Origin: Geosiphon pyriformis uo1
Lineage: Eukaryota > Fungi > Glomeromycota
Reading direction: 5' to 3'
Assembly (NCBI GenBank): GCA_016748015.1
Contig: JAAOMT010000597.1
Coordinates: forward strand, 681,555-745,554
Length of the DNA: 64,000 bases
Shown piece by piece: positions 1 through 14,944 of this stretch (positions are counted from its first letter, which is position 1; every line of letters begins with the position of its first letter). A program made the translations under genes and the position numbers. The notes under the pieces are model-generated. The model ran no database searches and was not told the DNA's origin. It saw nothing but the letters and a program-made list of their open reading frames with translations.

Positions 1-1136
1 AATAGTTCAAGAAATTAAGTTTCTTTGAGTATTGAAGCAAAAAAATATTAAAATAAAAAAAATAAAAAAAAAGGGGAAAAAGTTCTTTAATCGATTAAGC
101 TCTATGAACAAAATTGAATACCAACGATGTTCATGAAGTAGTGCAACATAAACTCATTTATCCTGTCATACCCTAGTTACCAACTCATCGTTCCAGACAA
201 TTTTCGAAGCCGGGTTTAAAAATATTTGTGAAGATGCAATGCATTAGTTGCGGTCAATTATGCCAACATTTGACTCCTTTTGTTCATATTATTTCTTGCG
301 TCTTAATGCATGAGATTTATTCTGGTAAGAAAGGGTTTTATAACGTATACCATTTGAAAGAAAGTTTCTTTTGACCTGGATATGACTCGGGAATTACTGG
401 GGGTCCAAAGGCAATAATGTTCGGGCACAATATCCCTGAGGAATCGTGCCTCATTTTTAAAAAGGATATATTTGTAAATTTAATTGGGGAACGCCTAGAT
501 GGAGTTTTTTTTGGTGGTGATTTACCATAATCAATATCATTCGTCGTGTTTTTTTTTTCAACTTTTGATTTTTATTAATTTCTTCCAAAAAAAAAACAAA
601 ATAGTTATTCCATGGTCTAGACCGTTGAATTTCAAAAAGATTTGTATTTTAAATTTTCATTAGCTTGCTTAAAAAAGGACTAGTAATCCCAAGTAAAAAA
701 AAAAGTATGCATGTTATTTATTATGAATAAAAGGCCCGAAATCTTTATTTGTGTTAGCTGAAAAAATTTTATATGGCCCGTGTTAGCATGCAGAAAGGGT
801 TTCTAAATTTGCCCAAAAGTCATTCTTACAGAATCAAAACTCTACTATTTTACAATTTTTCTAGTACCATCCATGAACATTTGACTTACACAGGGAATCT
901 AATTATCTTTGAACCAATCAAACTCCATTTTGTACCAAATCTTGTATTAAAGTTTACTGCTAATATCTTTTTACCGATGCAGTTTTCTTTTTGGTGAAGC
1001 CTGAACAGTGCACCGTGGTTCATTAAACTTGATCTAAGTTTGTCTGTAATTCTGGGGTCTTACCTAAAAATTATGTTTACAATTACATAGGAAATTTCTT
1101 TTGCAAGAATTGGTCTGAGCGTAGATGTGCGAAAAT

Positions 1137-1238
1137 CCAATAATAAAAATAGGAATAAAAATAAACATAAGAATAAGAATAAGAATAACAAAAAAAACAA
1201 AAACAAAAACAAAAACAAAAACAACAACAAAAATAATG

Positions 1239-1302
<64 letters not shown>

Positions 1303-1305
1303 TAA
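1137..1305. repeat. Compound microsatellite (AATAAG)n/(AAAAAC)n/(AAT)n
   Basis: Directly visible tandem units; source of four spurious low-complexity ORFs in the track. Confidence 0.95.
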
Positions 1306-4300
1306 AATTCATACATGATCACAATTGGTTTTACAAAGTTCATTTATTTATATATTTTTTTAATGATCAAATTATGGAAAGAGGGAGCTATCAAAATAAA
1401 AGACATATGAAAGCGGGTTGCTAATTTTAATTTTAAAAATGATTAATCATATAGGGTATTTGTTTCTTGGACTTGTATCATAATTACACGTCTTTAAGAG
1501 TATTTTATTGGAAGAAAATATGAAGTAGTTTTGATAATATAATATATATATATATATATTTAGAGAAATGGTAAATTTTTTACTCAGCTTTTTAACATTT
1601 TGTAAATAAAAGTTGCATGCCAAGGGAAATTTTTTTATGTTAAAAAAACCAATCAAACAAAAGTTCTAGTTAGACGAAAAAGATAGCAAGCAATTATTGA
1701 CCTCACATAAATCAGCGATCAGCGAGAAAAAAAGGAGGCTTTTGATTCCCTTGGCAAATTTCTATTATGCATTGATTTTAAAAGTTTCCCACCAAAAGAT
1801 TATATTTTAAACCATTTTCAAAAGGTAATTCAAATTTTTTGGGTCACAGGATTAAGAAAAATTCTGTCTTTGAAATTGGTCAAACCAAATAATCAGTAGA
1901 TCAAAAAGATATCTAATTATAGATTCAGACCAATCTCCTTTCACTCAAAGATTCTCTTTTGCAAAGCTGCCTACCTGATGGAAAATAGGTTTGCCGAAAC
2001 ATCATTGATTTGTAACACAAATCTCTCATGGCGTAAATGCAGGCATAAATCTGGGGTACATGTGTTTGTTTATAATGCGTGAATTGCAGATAAGCTTGTG
2101 AATAGTAAGAATGGTTGAATAAAATATAAGCCAAAAAAAATTATTTTTCGGAAATGAATAAAAAGGGGATTGATATTCAGATTTCCATGGTTTCTAGTAA
2201 TATTTAGAATTTTAGTGTATATTAGAAAGTATTTTTACACAAAAGGAATTAACTTTCTTTTCCGATTCAAGTTTACAACCATTGTTCTCAAAATCAGGTG
2301 TCTTTCTACTTTCAGATCATAAATAATTAGGTCCATAGAACAAAGAGTAGACGCCAAAAAAAGCAGCCTCAGGGATGACTCGGTATTATAAACCTCATAT
2401 GGATTTTGCCTAATTTTGAGAAACAGAACAAATTTTTATTTTTCTCATCCGTGGTCATTTTAGTTTTTCCGGGGTACATGACACACATGCAAAGTCAAAA
2501 AATCATTGAAAGAGATAACCTCCGGATTTTGAGTTGTAGCTATTAAAGTTTTCAAAGATGATCCCCGGTTATATTCAATGAATTATTGATTGTTGAATTT
2601 GTTTCTTTTTTCTTTAGTGAAATTAATCTAATCTTGAAAAAAAAATTAGCACATTGAATCCATCTCCTGATAAGCTAAATATTCATTAATCAAGAACCCT
2701 ATTTAAAGTGATCACAGGCTCTCACTAAAGGTAAAATATAAATTGGTCAAAGAAAGTGACAAAACGTCACTTTTACGAATTTGATCATTGAGATTTTATT
2801 TGCGCTTAAAAACCCTTAAGGTTCTTTATCAAAAGATCAATCAAACTTACAAAAAAAAAAAAAAAAAAGACCATCCTATTACGTCAGAAATATGGAATCT
2901 GTAGATCTCTTATGTAATGACTTTTTTACAGATCTGATAATCCATTAATTTTATATCAAATATATGAATGGGAATTTTTGAAAAAATATAATGCAGGAGA
3001 AAAATTTTTTTTAAGTTTTAATAAGCCTCACGTTCATACATTTATTTACCTCTTCAAACATTCGAACAATTCAATTAATTCGAGATATTGTCTAAGAAGG
3101 TAAAAAAATTGAAACAAATAATTTTGAAGCATCAAATTTATGCTTAATCCTTCTTCAAAGGTTTTTTGAGAATATTGTATAATATGATTTTACATTGGGA
3201 GAACATCACGTTAATTATAGACTGTCCCATTAAATTCAATGAAATCAAGGGCAAATCATATATTAACAAAATTTTACTTTACAGATTTCTTTCATTTAAG
3301 AGAATTCTAAAGTTTTATTTAAAGATTTACAATTTTTATCCATAAAAGGTGAAAGTTTCTTTAAGAACTCTATATGGGAATCCAAAAGAAATAAGCTTTT
3401 TTTATATAGAATATTTAATTTAAAGATTTTCAAGGGTTTTTCCAATATAATTGTTGCTCCAAAAATTTAAGTTATTCCGTTTATATGTTGAAATGTCAAT
3501 TTAGGTTAAAGATCAATTATACTTTATATTTTTGTCAAGATCCTTTTGTGCGCCTCATTTCTTATAGAAAATAAGATTTTTTACAGAATGAATTTTATCC
3601 CCAAAAGTTTTGTTATCTTATAGTTAATATGAAAAAATTACGAGGTAAAAAAATACTCATTTGCCAAAAGTACCCCCCCCCCGTTTCTAGTAATAAGATT
3701 TAAATTTAAATTTTTATTCTATCCTTTTTCTAAAAAAAATTCCAAAGTTTTTTAGAGTCATGTGGAGTTTCTTATTTACGCCATAACCCCCCCCCCCCCC
3801 CCGTGGTTCATCATTTTACTAAAAATAAAAACGTCATTAATCGTTCGAAATAATTGGTTCTCAATTTTCCGATTTAATGCATTATTCCAACCTTTTTTCG
3901 GATAAGAGGTGCGATTTTTGGCGAATTTTCATTTATGAATATTACAATGAGGTGGAGATAGGTTTTGGAAAAAAAATTGTCCATTACTGATTAAGGAACT
4001 TCTGAGTTATGCCAAAAAAAAAAGAAAAAGAAAACAGATACTTTGTATTTAACCAGAACCAATAATTTGAGTTGAGTGAAAAATAAGAAATTGTCAAAAT
4101 CAGATTTTTAATTTAAACCGTAATTTCCTAGTTAAAAACATGTAAGATTATTGAAGTCTAGAAAAATTGCCAATCAAAGTGATTTTAATGTATTCCCTCA
4201 ATGAAATTTTATTCGTTTTAATTTTTATAAATTTAGATTTAGAATGACTAAAAGCTTTAAAGAGATAAATTTTCTCCGAATGTTAACACTTTTCCGGGAC

Positions 4301-5097
4301 AAAATGATCGGAATTGCGTCTATCCTATATGCCTTGATTGGTAAAATGTCAATAAACAGATTATCCTAAAAATTATTTCTCATTTTATATTTTTGTGACC
4401 TAGTAAGAAATCTTCATTTTTTAAGCAAATAATTTTTAACTTGTTATTTTGTGAATTCTGAAAAATTTCAAAATTACCCATATCAAATGTACTACCAGTA
4501 ACATAGGAAAAGTCCTTTAGAATTAACCAAAATCTTAATTTCACAAGAAAAAGTAACCTTTTGATATTGAGATGCGTTTTAACTCATACGATTCCTTTCG
4601 AAATTATTAAAGTGTTCATTAATGAACAGCTAAAAGTTTTAAAGTGAAAATCTAAATGTAATATTATTTAATGAATGAAAATTATTTGGTAAACCTAAAC
4701 AACTTTTTTGGTTAATTTAATAAAGCTACTCCAGATTTATAGATATCTTCCTCAATATCTCAATATTTACAATAGGATAAAAAATTATATCCAATTACAT
4801 TCAGATCTGATAAATTTCTCGATTAGTTGATAGTTTTTTTAATTTTATTTTCCATTAATCATAATTCGGTTTTTCCCGCAGTATGTGCCCGTTCGTTATT
4901 TTACTGAAAAATTGTTTACTTTCCAGCTAACACCTTAATTGTGTTCTGAAATGTTAACAAGTTGGTTTTTAAGATTTCAAGATCAATATTTTTCCCTATT
5001 CATGATAAAATAGAAGGAATGAAAAAAATGTTGAATAATTTTATTTATAAAATTTCAAAATAATAAATTAAAACTCTTACATTTATTTATTTATTTA

Positions 5098-5160
5098 ATA
5101 ATAATAATCATAATATTAATCATAATAATAATAATCATAATAATAATAATAATAATAATG

Positions 5161-5245
<85 letters not shown>
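5098..5245. repeat. (AAT)n microsatellite
   Basis: Long AAT array abutting the 3' end of the Tc1 relic. Confidence 0.95.
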
Positions 5246-5246
<1 letters not shown>

Positions 5247-5254
5247 AATAATTT

Positions 5255-6122
5255 TCAATGTGTTATATTTCCACCTTTAGTCACGATAATAATAGCTTCA
5301 ATTCTTCCAGGTATACAACTTATTAATTTTTGATATAATTTTTGAGGCCTCACATTCCATTCTTTTATAAACATGAGTTCCAATTCTTCAATATTAGATA
5401 GATAGTTGAGGATTGCATTTTCCAAGTCCTGACTCAAGAAAAGACCATAATTCTTCAATATGATTAAGGTCATGACTTTGTGGTGACCATGGCTAAAATT
5501 TTATTTTTTTTGAATTTTAAAAAATTTTGAGCAGCTTTTGAAGTGTGTTCTAAAGTATTACCTCTTGAAATATAAGAGTTGGTATACCATAATTAACTAA
5601 AACTTCATACTTAGTAATAGTAATTACATCTTTTAATGGAACAATATATTCTAAAATAATCCATGTAAAAAAATTTCAAAACATTCTTGTTAGATTGTGC
5701 TTTACAGTAATTCCTCAGCTGGTGTTGGCAAAATCCTGAAGTTTAAAATTGTGGAATGTTAATTCATCTTACCAAATAACTTTTTTTCAGTCATTTATAG
5801 TTCAATGTTTCTACTTTTTAACAAAATCAAGTCTTTTAGTCTGGTTTTCAATCGATATTAACAGATTCTTTTGTGGAATACGTGAAAAATTTTCTTCTTT
5901 TAAAGTGCATTGAATAGTCTATTTTAATACTATTTAGCCCATTATTTTGTTTCAGAAAAAAGTAGTTGAATTTGCATCAAGTTAATTTTTTTATTATGAG
6001 TAAGAGTTCGTGAAATAGTTGTTTGAGAACTTTCAAAAATTTCTGCTATTTTTTTTTGTATAGCATTTAATCTGGTAAAAAAAAGTTTGCACGAAAATAT
6101 TCCATATTTTTGTCATCCCCTG
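5255..6122 (-). mobile_element. Degenerate Tc1/mariner DNA transposon (5' TIR plus disrupted DDE transposase)
   Basis: The minus strand begins TA|CAGGGGATGACAAAAATATGG (TA at 6123-6124). Translated remnants are KKVIW*DE, HTSKAAQNF, PWSPQSHDLNHIEELW (5446-5492; Tc1 consensus WPxQSPDLNPIE) and C-terminal EW...LISCIPGRIEAII..KGG. It carries many stops and frameshifts, and the 3' TIR was not found. Confidence 0.88.
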
Positions 6123-6996
6123 TACTATGGTCTTTTTAACCTCTCCCCTCCCCTCCCCTCCCACACACCATTGAAAGTAGACGCTAAAATCTTAGTTATC
6201 GTGATTGCTTCCCATTTTTCACTCTTTTCTCGTCGGAGAACATGTAAGCGGTTTTATTTTTATTTCATTGTATCACTTAACTTGAGCATAAAGCATGTGT
6301 TTCCGAGATATAAGTGAATAAAGTTCAGAGTTTTATAGTACATTTGCATTAGTTGACGGACTATATTTTAAGGCCTCGAATTTTAGCATTTTCGTGGAGT
6401 GGTACATGTCATTTTTTGTAGGCTTTACATATGAGTAAATCTTTTTCATGATTGCAAAGAATTGATGGTTTTTTCTGTCCTTTGCTACTTGACGATAAAG
6501 CAGTATATTATTGTGGGGTCACGTCCAAGTATTTTTGCGAATTGAGCGAAATTTATGGTTTCCATGTATGCCAAAATCTTGACATTTTCAATTTCGTTCA
6601 GCTGTGTACGAATGGACTTGAATTTTTTTTTACATGACGATATTATAATGTTGGCAAGTCGTAAAAATGGCGAAAGCTTGATATATAAATTTTTTGAAGA
6701 GGGTACTGTACGTCAAAAAATCTAAAGACAAATAACATTTTTAAGGTAAGTTGACCCCTCGCTCAAAGTAGAACCGTATTTTAAAAATAAAATGAATTAA
6801 ATAAAATAAAAGTAAACAAAAAGAATGTGATAATAAAGCTAAGGGGTTCATTCTGAAACACACTGTCAATAAAAAAAAATAAACCCATTAGATACTAGCT
6901 GTTATTCAGAGATAAAAAAAAATAGTTTTTTTCTAAACTTTTTTTCCTAAACCCCCATTCAATGAGAATTTTTTTTTATAAAATTGAAACACGATA

Positions 6997-7036
<40 letters not shown>

Positions 7037-7946
7037 TAAAGAGAATTTTTGAACCTTTTTAAATCTAATTTGTAAAAAGAAATTATTCCAATAAAGTTGA
7101 ATTTTAAAAGCTTTAATTTAATTATGAAATTATAACCAAACAAAATTTGGTGTTCATAATTCACAAAATTTCATTTCTTGTCTTTTAATTTGCGTTGGTT
7201 TGTTACGAAGTAAACAATAATTCATAATTAAGTGAAAAATTAATTTCATTATTATTATTATTATTATTTTTCAGTAACCATGTCATTGTTCGAATACTTT
7301 TAGTAATTAATTTCCTTTTCTTTTGCCAATAATTTCTTAAAGAAAAAATCTCCATTTTCATTAATTAAAAATGAAATTACAATTTTCAATTATGGAACAA
7401 AGATTTTTCAAAAAAATGTTTTCAGAAACAGAAACTACCCTATTTTTTTGAGGGACCTTTTCTATTAAAAAATTCAAACGTTTGAAAATCTCATTTACAA
7501 ATTAAAACACAATGAAAAATTTACTGATGGCAGCCATTTAACAAGGTTTCTTTTTAACCGATTGTGATACATTTTATCAACAAAAAAAATTAGTGTTCAC
7601 CACTCAGGTTTTTTGCGCAACTCATACTTGAATTTTTGATTGACTCATTGTTGATTTTCAAATTATAACTTAAAGGGAAAAAAAATACCTTGGAGTTTCA
7701 TTGTTGTTTTTTTTGCACGATTTGTATTTCAAATTTCTTTAATCACAAATGGTGTACCAGATTACAAAATGACATGAAATCTTGATTAGAATAGAAATTT
7801 CTTAAAATGAGATAGTGACTGGTTACTTTTGTGTCTCCGAAAAAACTTTTACTGTTGTTACTAATTATCTATCTCAATAAAAGAAATTAGGACAAAGCCT
7901 TTGAAAAATTGTTTTGCTTGATGTACTTTGCAGAATAAATAATGCT

Positions 7947-7951
<5 letters not shown>

Positions 7952-8003
<52 letters not shown>
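7952..8003. repeat. Poly(T) tract, 52 nt
   Basis: Uninterrupted T run. Confidence 0.95.
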
Positions 8004-8006
<3 letters not shown>

Positions 8007-8946
8007 TTTATTGTTTACCATTAAAAATTACCAAATAAGTCATTTTATTGATATTGTTTAACCGAAAATAAATATTTGGTATTCCTAAATTTGGACAAAG
8101 AAAAAATGAAGTTATCGATTTTTATTTTTTATTTTTTTGTGAAACACTGCAATAATTGAAAAGAAATTCATTTTATAGAAATTTACAGATTTTTATTGGT
8201 CAGAACTTGCATGAATGGGAATTTGAATTCTTAACCATTTTTACAATTTTTTCAAATCTCACGATATTCTTTTTAACAATTACAATATGCATGGCTTTGA
8301 TCCAAAAAAAGTAATATTGAGATTTTACTTATGTGCGCGCGTGAAATACCATTTTATTGGAAAGTTTTAAAGTTATTTTTAAATAGACATTGAAAATATC
8401 CGGTTTTCTAAAACTTTTTACATCCCTCATTTGTCCATTTATCCATTTGTCCATTTGTCCATTCTCACACCATCTGAATGATCTAATCTATGTTAAGTAA
8501 GAAAATGGAAAATGGAACTTAAAATGACTAACTATCGACTAAACATGTAAATAAAAGATTATAAACGGAACCATGTACCACTTGAAAACTTGATATTACA
8601 AGTTAAAATGAAATTTTAATGAAACTTTCTTTATTTTTAAAATTAATTCGAAACCTTACAAGAATCTTTTATTATATGGTTTAATCAACAAAAAAATGTT
8701 TACATGTTTTTAAGGTCAAGTTTTTACAAATAAGAGAAATATGGGGAGCCTAGATGGTACAAAAAAATTAAAAATTAAAAAAATGTTTTTTTAAGACTTT
8801 GTACACTACATTTTTGACAAAAGTACATGGGAATCAACTATTATTTTCTGCTTAACAAAAAATATTTTCGTTGCTTCATAATTACGTTTAATTGCTTGTC
8901 TACAAAGTTTTATTCATTGACTTTCATTGATTCATTGGTTTATACG

Positions 8947-8948
<2 letters not shown>

Positions 8949-8978
<30 letters not shown>

Positions 8979-9030
8979 CATACATACATACATACATACA
9001 TACATACATTCATACATATATATATATAAA
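8949..9030. repeat. (TACA)n then (TA)n microsatellite
   Basis: Visible tandem units. Confidence 0.95.
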
Positions 9031-10530
9031 TATATAAATACTTTCCAGAATAAAGGTAAAGCATAAAGAAACCGAGAAGATTTAGGGAGCCTAGGATAAA
9101 ACAATTAAGGATCAAAATTAATTTTTATAAATAACTCGAATGTATCTCATTTTTAAATTTTGTCACTGGAAATCTTCATCATATTTGTCTTTTGGCATTC
9201 TAAACAACTCTGAGTTAACTTTTTCATAAAGACAAACGTTCTTTACAACAACGTGTCGGAAATTTAAACAATGGGTTCAATCAAGGAAAATGAAATAAGG
9301 AAAATGAAATTTTGCCAAGAAACAATGATGCAGTAGTTTTATTAGGTTGCTTATTATTAGGTTTAATCTAATAATATAGTAGAAAGTTTTTAGAAATTTT
9401 TTTTTATTTTTATTTTAGCTATCTCGTAGTCTCAATCACAAGTAATTTACTTGACCTCATGCATCTAATTTCAAAATGTTGGAGTGTGCAGTTGATGATG
9501 ATGATTACTCTCTTTGGTGAAAACCCCTAAAAATGGGGATGATCAATAGAAATTTCGACGTTTTATAAAAAATCCTTTTTGGGAATCTCTGAATGGTTAT
9601 TTGTGACTTAAAAGATGGATTTATTGCTTCTTTGCTTGCTTATAATCGAGAAATTCTTTGTTTTTTTTTTTTAAAAAAAAAGTTTTATATTGATGCACGT
9701 TGTTTGAATTAGTATTCAGAATAAAATTAAAATTTTAAAGCCAAAAATAACTGATTATTTATTTAAAACTTGTATACTAATATTAACCTTCTCTAAAAAT
9801 AGATTAAACTTAAAACTTTCACTCCTCATCAATAAAATTGATATCAGGAAAAACTGGAATGATTTGAAAGTCTATTGTTTGAACAAATTTTCATTTCAAA
9901 TGACCATTTATCTTCATAATTGAATTCATTGAAAAAATTCGATTGCTGGAAAAAAAAAAATTCAATTTCTCTCCAAAAACATTATTTGCGGGGTAAAAGT
10001 GTGGGGAAATCTTCAAATTGGAAATTATTTTTCATTGGGAAAGTATCTTTCTTTCATTGGGAATAAAGATTTTTATTTTCGTCAAGGATAATTAACTTTG
10101 AAAGAATTGAGAAATTAAAATAAAGCCCAGAAAAGGGAACAATATAGAGAATTTATAATTTTTTTTTTTTTTTTCCGTGAAATTTAGTAATAATAAATTT
10201 TTTTTTTTTTTTTTCTAGAATTATTGCATACCCAATTTACATTGTGCATGATGCCATCGTGGGAATTGATTTACCCATCTTTAATATATTCGTGATAATT
10301 CGATAAAATGCATGATTAAAACGAAATTTAAGGGGTAAAGCATAAAGCATGTCCAATCCTTCAAAAAGAGAATCAATTTCGAGTTAAAATTCTCCTGCTT
10401 TTCATATTTCTAATTGGACCAAGGTTTATTTGAAGCGTTGGGCTGTGCCTATTAATGCTGAATGTGAGCTAACAGTTTCTTAACGCATATGAAAAAACGA
10501 TCTAAAACTAAGAATAGGAATAAACAAACA

Positions 10531-10613
<83 letters not shown>
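10531..10613. repeat. (AAT)n microsatellite
   Basis: Visible tandem units. Confidence 0.95.
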
Positions 10614-10614
<1 letters not shown>

Positions 10615-10902
10615 TGTTTGGAATGTTTGTCCGGGTAAGTAAAAATTGTAGAAACAACCTTTTTTTTTTAATAAAAATTTTCAAAAGTGATTATACGTAT
10701 TTTTAATTATATTAAGGTTCTTTGAAAATTATGCATTTCCAAAATTATTTTTCCATGCTTCAAAAACTAATCTTTAGTTTAAAAATGCATACATTTAGGA
10801 ATCAATTTTTTTTTGATAACCCCCCCCCCCACACACACACACACCCCAAAAAAAAGTTTGAACTTATGTTATACAAACTAGGAATGCTTAATCTCTGGCT
10901 AA

Positions 10903-10932
10903 CCTCCTCCTCCTCCTCCTCCTCCTCCTCCT
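10903..10932. repeat. (CCT)n microsatellite
   Basis: Visible tandem units. Confidence 0.9.
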
Positions 10933-12351
10933 ACATAACAGCCAAAGAAGGAAATCAATAAATAACGAATTTCTGCAATCACTATTAAAGATTAATACAC
11001 AAAATAGGGGAGCTTTCCTACAAAGTGAAAATGAAATCTCATGACAGCATCGCCATCTCTTTATAAAGCCTTAAATTGAGGTTTTCAGCTGTTCAATTGA
11101 GTCAGCTGTTCATATATTGATTACCTAACTAGTATTGTTATTCGCACGTTTTTTTTTTTAAAAAAAATATGCTACCCCCAAAATAATTTTTTTGGAAAAT
11201 TTTCATTTTTTTGGTTTACTTTTTGAAGTATGACCAAAAGTTATGCCACGCTCTTTTTTTCACAATAAAAAATCATTGAAAATATACATGAATATGACAT
11301 CATACATATTTGGCATCTCAAAATTTTTCATGACAATTTCTTGATTTTTTTTCATTGTTTCAATTGCAAATAAACTGATTCAAAATCTAATAATATTACA
11401 AAGATCGTCGTACCTTTCACGTTTCAAAGCTGTTTACTTTGAAAAAAAAAAAAAAAAAAAAAAAACAAAAAAAAAAACTAGATCAAAAGTGTTAAATAAA
11501 TGTTTGTTGTTTCAAATATAAACTTCTGACCTAGAATTCAAAATTTGAAAAATAACCATTTTCACTTTAGAGAAGTTTCGGTCGACCATTCCTGTTGGAT
11601 TTGGTATGGGAAATATCGGATCTTATTTAATTGATAGGCTGCTCCTCTGTATTGAGAATCCTGTTTTCATAATAAAGTCTCACATCATTGCAAATATTTT
11701 CATGACCTAATTTTTAAAAAATTGGCTCGAAAAAAAAAAATTATATACATTTATTTTCAAACCTAGCCGCCTTTTTGGTCAAATATTTTTTTTTTGTGAA
11801 TCTCGGTATTTTTCTTTTTTCTTTTTCCCACGCCATATATCTAATTTAAGACTTACAATTAATTTGTGCTCGTGAGTAGAGAATCATTAATTAATTTTAG
11901 AAAACCAATTTTCGAACGTCATAATTGGTGTTCGTGGGAACCAATCATTATCCGGAGAAAAATAATTAAAACTTCCCTGTTATCTTTTTTCCCTTTGTTT
12001 AGTCAATAGGTAAGTCACGTTGCTAAGTTTGCTAGTATTTTGTAATCTCACTTTTTCACTTTGGCTTCGGACTCTGTGTCACTCAGAAAGCTTGAACCCG
12101 TGGCGAGTAAATTGAACAATTGTGCGGCTGGTTTTTGATTCGTATCACACTTACCCTTTCAAAGGTCATACCCATTTGTTGTTGTTGTTGTTGTTATTGT
12201 TATTATTGTCTTAAAGAAACATTATCACTTTATGTATGGTTGCATTACTTTTTCATAGTTACAATGATTTCATTTTAATCTAATATTCAAAGGTTTTTTT
12301 TCAACAGATTCTTCCAAAATGGTAACACCTAACAGCAACTGATTAATAATT

Positions 12352-12440
12352 GGATGATGGTGATGGTGGTGGTAGTGGTAGTGGTAGTGGTAGTGGTAGT
12401 GGTAGTGGTAGTGGTAGTGGTAGTGGTAGTGGTAGTGGTG
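12352..12440. repeat. (GGTAGT)n hexanucleotide / (GGT)n repeat
   Basis: Visible tandem units; source of the spurious HYHYHY ORF. Confidence 0.95.
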
Positions 12441-13910
12441 GGTTGCTTCTTTGGGGCTTTTCATCAAAAAAAAATTTTTGGAATACTGAACAGATCAATT
12501 CTTAAACACGGTAAGTCAATTTAATTTATTATGATTTTCCTCAATTTACCCCTAAAACGGTTACTTTATGATTTAAACAAATTTCAAAATACCCGTCGTA
12601 TGTGATTTAACTTCTTTCCGAATTGTCCCTGTTTCATCTGTTGATTTATCGGAGTAATCCGGTGATTCTTTAAGTTATAATAAATATATTATTTGAAAAA
12701 GATTAATGAACGATACAGTAAAACTTTATTACATTTTTTCATGAAAGTATGAAGGTTTAAACTATAATTTCCAAATCAGGAAACAGAATTTCTCTCGTAG
12801 TATGGCAATTAAAATCTTAGACCGAGCTATTGTCAATTATCAAAACTTTCAAGCCTTTATCACCTAACTAGGCAATTCTTTGGGAAACACAAAGGTCACG
12901 CACGCTACATTTGATTGAGGGATTTTCAGCGGGGATCAGGGAAGAACGGACGGATTAATGTTTTCTTTTTTAATTAAGAGAAAAATTAATGAATAAATTT
13001 CCTTTTAATAATCCCTATTTAAACCAATAAGATTTCAGAGAATAGATTTTCCGAAGTCCAAGAAAAGATTAATATTTGAGCCAAAAGAAATTTTAAAGTT
13101 TAGAAAATCATTTGTGATGTTGTTTTAATTGTTTTATGGACAAGATTAACGTCATTGATTAGGTGGATGAAATGTAAACAGTTTATTTGTTAGACCCTCA
13201 TTATAGAGAAAAGCAGGCCTATCCTCTTTCTAGGCTAGCAACGATTAAGAATTCTGTTCAATCCCATAAAGGGGGGGGGGGAGGGAGTTGTGTCTAATAT
13301 TGAAATTGGTCTTGGTAAAAGGTTATGAAGCTTGAAAGGTTTTTTCTTTTTGTTAAACCAATTAATCGATAGAATTTTTGAGAGATTGCATAATTTTTAT
13401 ATTTGAAAAAGCTCGAGAAATTAATTATGCATTACTCCTATTATTTTTTTAAATATGATGAAAGACATTCTTTTAATTCGAACTATTTTTAGCTTAGTCT
13501 AAACCTTTTTCACGGTGAAAAGAATCCGGAATCGAAAAATGTAATTATTCATATGTCATTTACGAAATTAATGATTTAAACTTTTGAAAAACTATTTGAT
13601 TTGATTATCAAAAATTAATTGCCAAAAAGATGATAATCAAAATTAAGAGATAAGAACACGTTTGAAAAAAGATATGACAAAAAAAAAAAGCAAGATGACG
13701 TTATGAACATGGAGATTTTTTTTTTTTTGATTAAAAAAATTATTAAATAATTAAAATATTAGCTTTTGTTAATTATGATATATTCAAATAACCTGATTTG
13801 TTGGTTTCCCTGTTTCTTATGGCAAAAAAAGAATTAAAACATACATTTATTAAACCTGAGAACAGACGAATCTGTCTTAGTCTCTTTTTCAAACAAAAGC
13901 TCATTAATTT

Positions 13911-13930
13911 AATACTACTACTAATACTAA

Positions 13931-13962
<32 letters not shown>

Positions 13963-13994
13963 ATACTAATACTACTAATACTACTACTTACTAA

Positions 13995-14031
<37 letters not shown>

Positions 14032-14038
14032 TTACTGT
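13911..14038. repeat. (ACT)n/(ACTAAT)n microsatellite
   Basis: Visible tandem units. Confidence 0.95.
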
Positions 14039-14413
14039 TATAGTGATTTGATTGCTAAAAAGTTTATCATCTTTGACACGTTTTAAAATTACTTTTTCCC
14101 CACACAAAAAAATCTTTTTTCTCTAAAATTGTCATAAATAACAATAACAAACCACCTCATCCTGCATTTTTCATGTTACAATTAGTAATAGGGTCGTTTT
14201 TTCTTTAATAATCTTTTTTTTTTTTGATTTTTTTTGATTTTAGATGTTCAGATATTATTGATCAAATAAAAAATATATATACCGATACTTTAAAAAAGTT
14301 AATAGTATAATTGATAAAAATAAAAAGGCACACTGGTTGGTTCCTTTTTTAACAATCTGTCACTGAGTACAAAAAAATACGTTAACACACACACAGGTAA
14401 AAAACTAGAAACA

Positions 14414-14485
<72 letters not shown>
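14414..14485. repeat. (ATT)n microsatellite
   Basis: Visible tandem units. Confidence 0.95.
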
Positions 14486-14486
<1 letters not shown>

Positions 14487-14866
14487 GGTTTGTCTCAATT
14501 CCGTTAGCTTTCTATTGGTTATGCTCAAGAACAATATCTTTCATATGGATTTTTCCCTTTTTTAAATTAGAAACTAGCAAAAAAAAATTTTCTTGGGTTT
14601 CACCATTTTTTTTTTTTTTTGGGTGATTACTTGCGTACCCCAAATAAGATACATACATTACATTATTATTTTTTTTTCAATATACGTTTCTTTTTCAGGC
14701 TATGTCCATGATCCCTTTTTTCCTCTGTTAGAAGTAACAACCCCCCACATACTTTATCATCATCAATTAATATAATAAAAATTTTAACAATAAAAAAAGT
14801 TTAGACTTTTTATTTTTTTATATTATTTTATATTATCTACTATTATTAATAATCATAAAAAGTGAA

Positions 14867-14897
<31 letters not shown>

Positions 14898-14944
14898 AAA
14901 AAGAAAAAAGAAAGACAGTTCCTAATGTGTGACTGCAATCATTT

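Noticed and set aside
120-1120. Moderately GC-rich, coding-like patches (also 1925-2134, 6140-6780, 25400-26400, 28300-28800, 30550-31450, 45900-46250, 60860-61330)
   Set aside because: Manual translation gave no recognisable motif or consistent exon chain. They may be old pseudogenes, and a BLASTx search would settle it.
12060-12135. tRNA-like GGTTCAA (minus strand)
   Set aside because: No T-stem closure, acceptor stem or cloverleaf could be built.
12352-12440. (GGTAGT)n as an interstitial telomere
   Set aside because: It is not TTAGGG and it grades into (GGT)n like the neighbouring SSRs.
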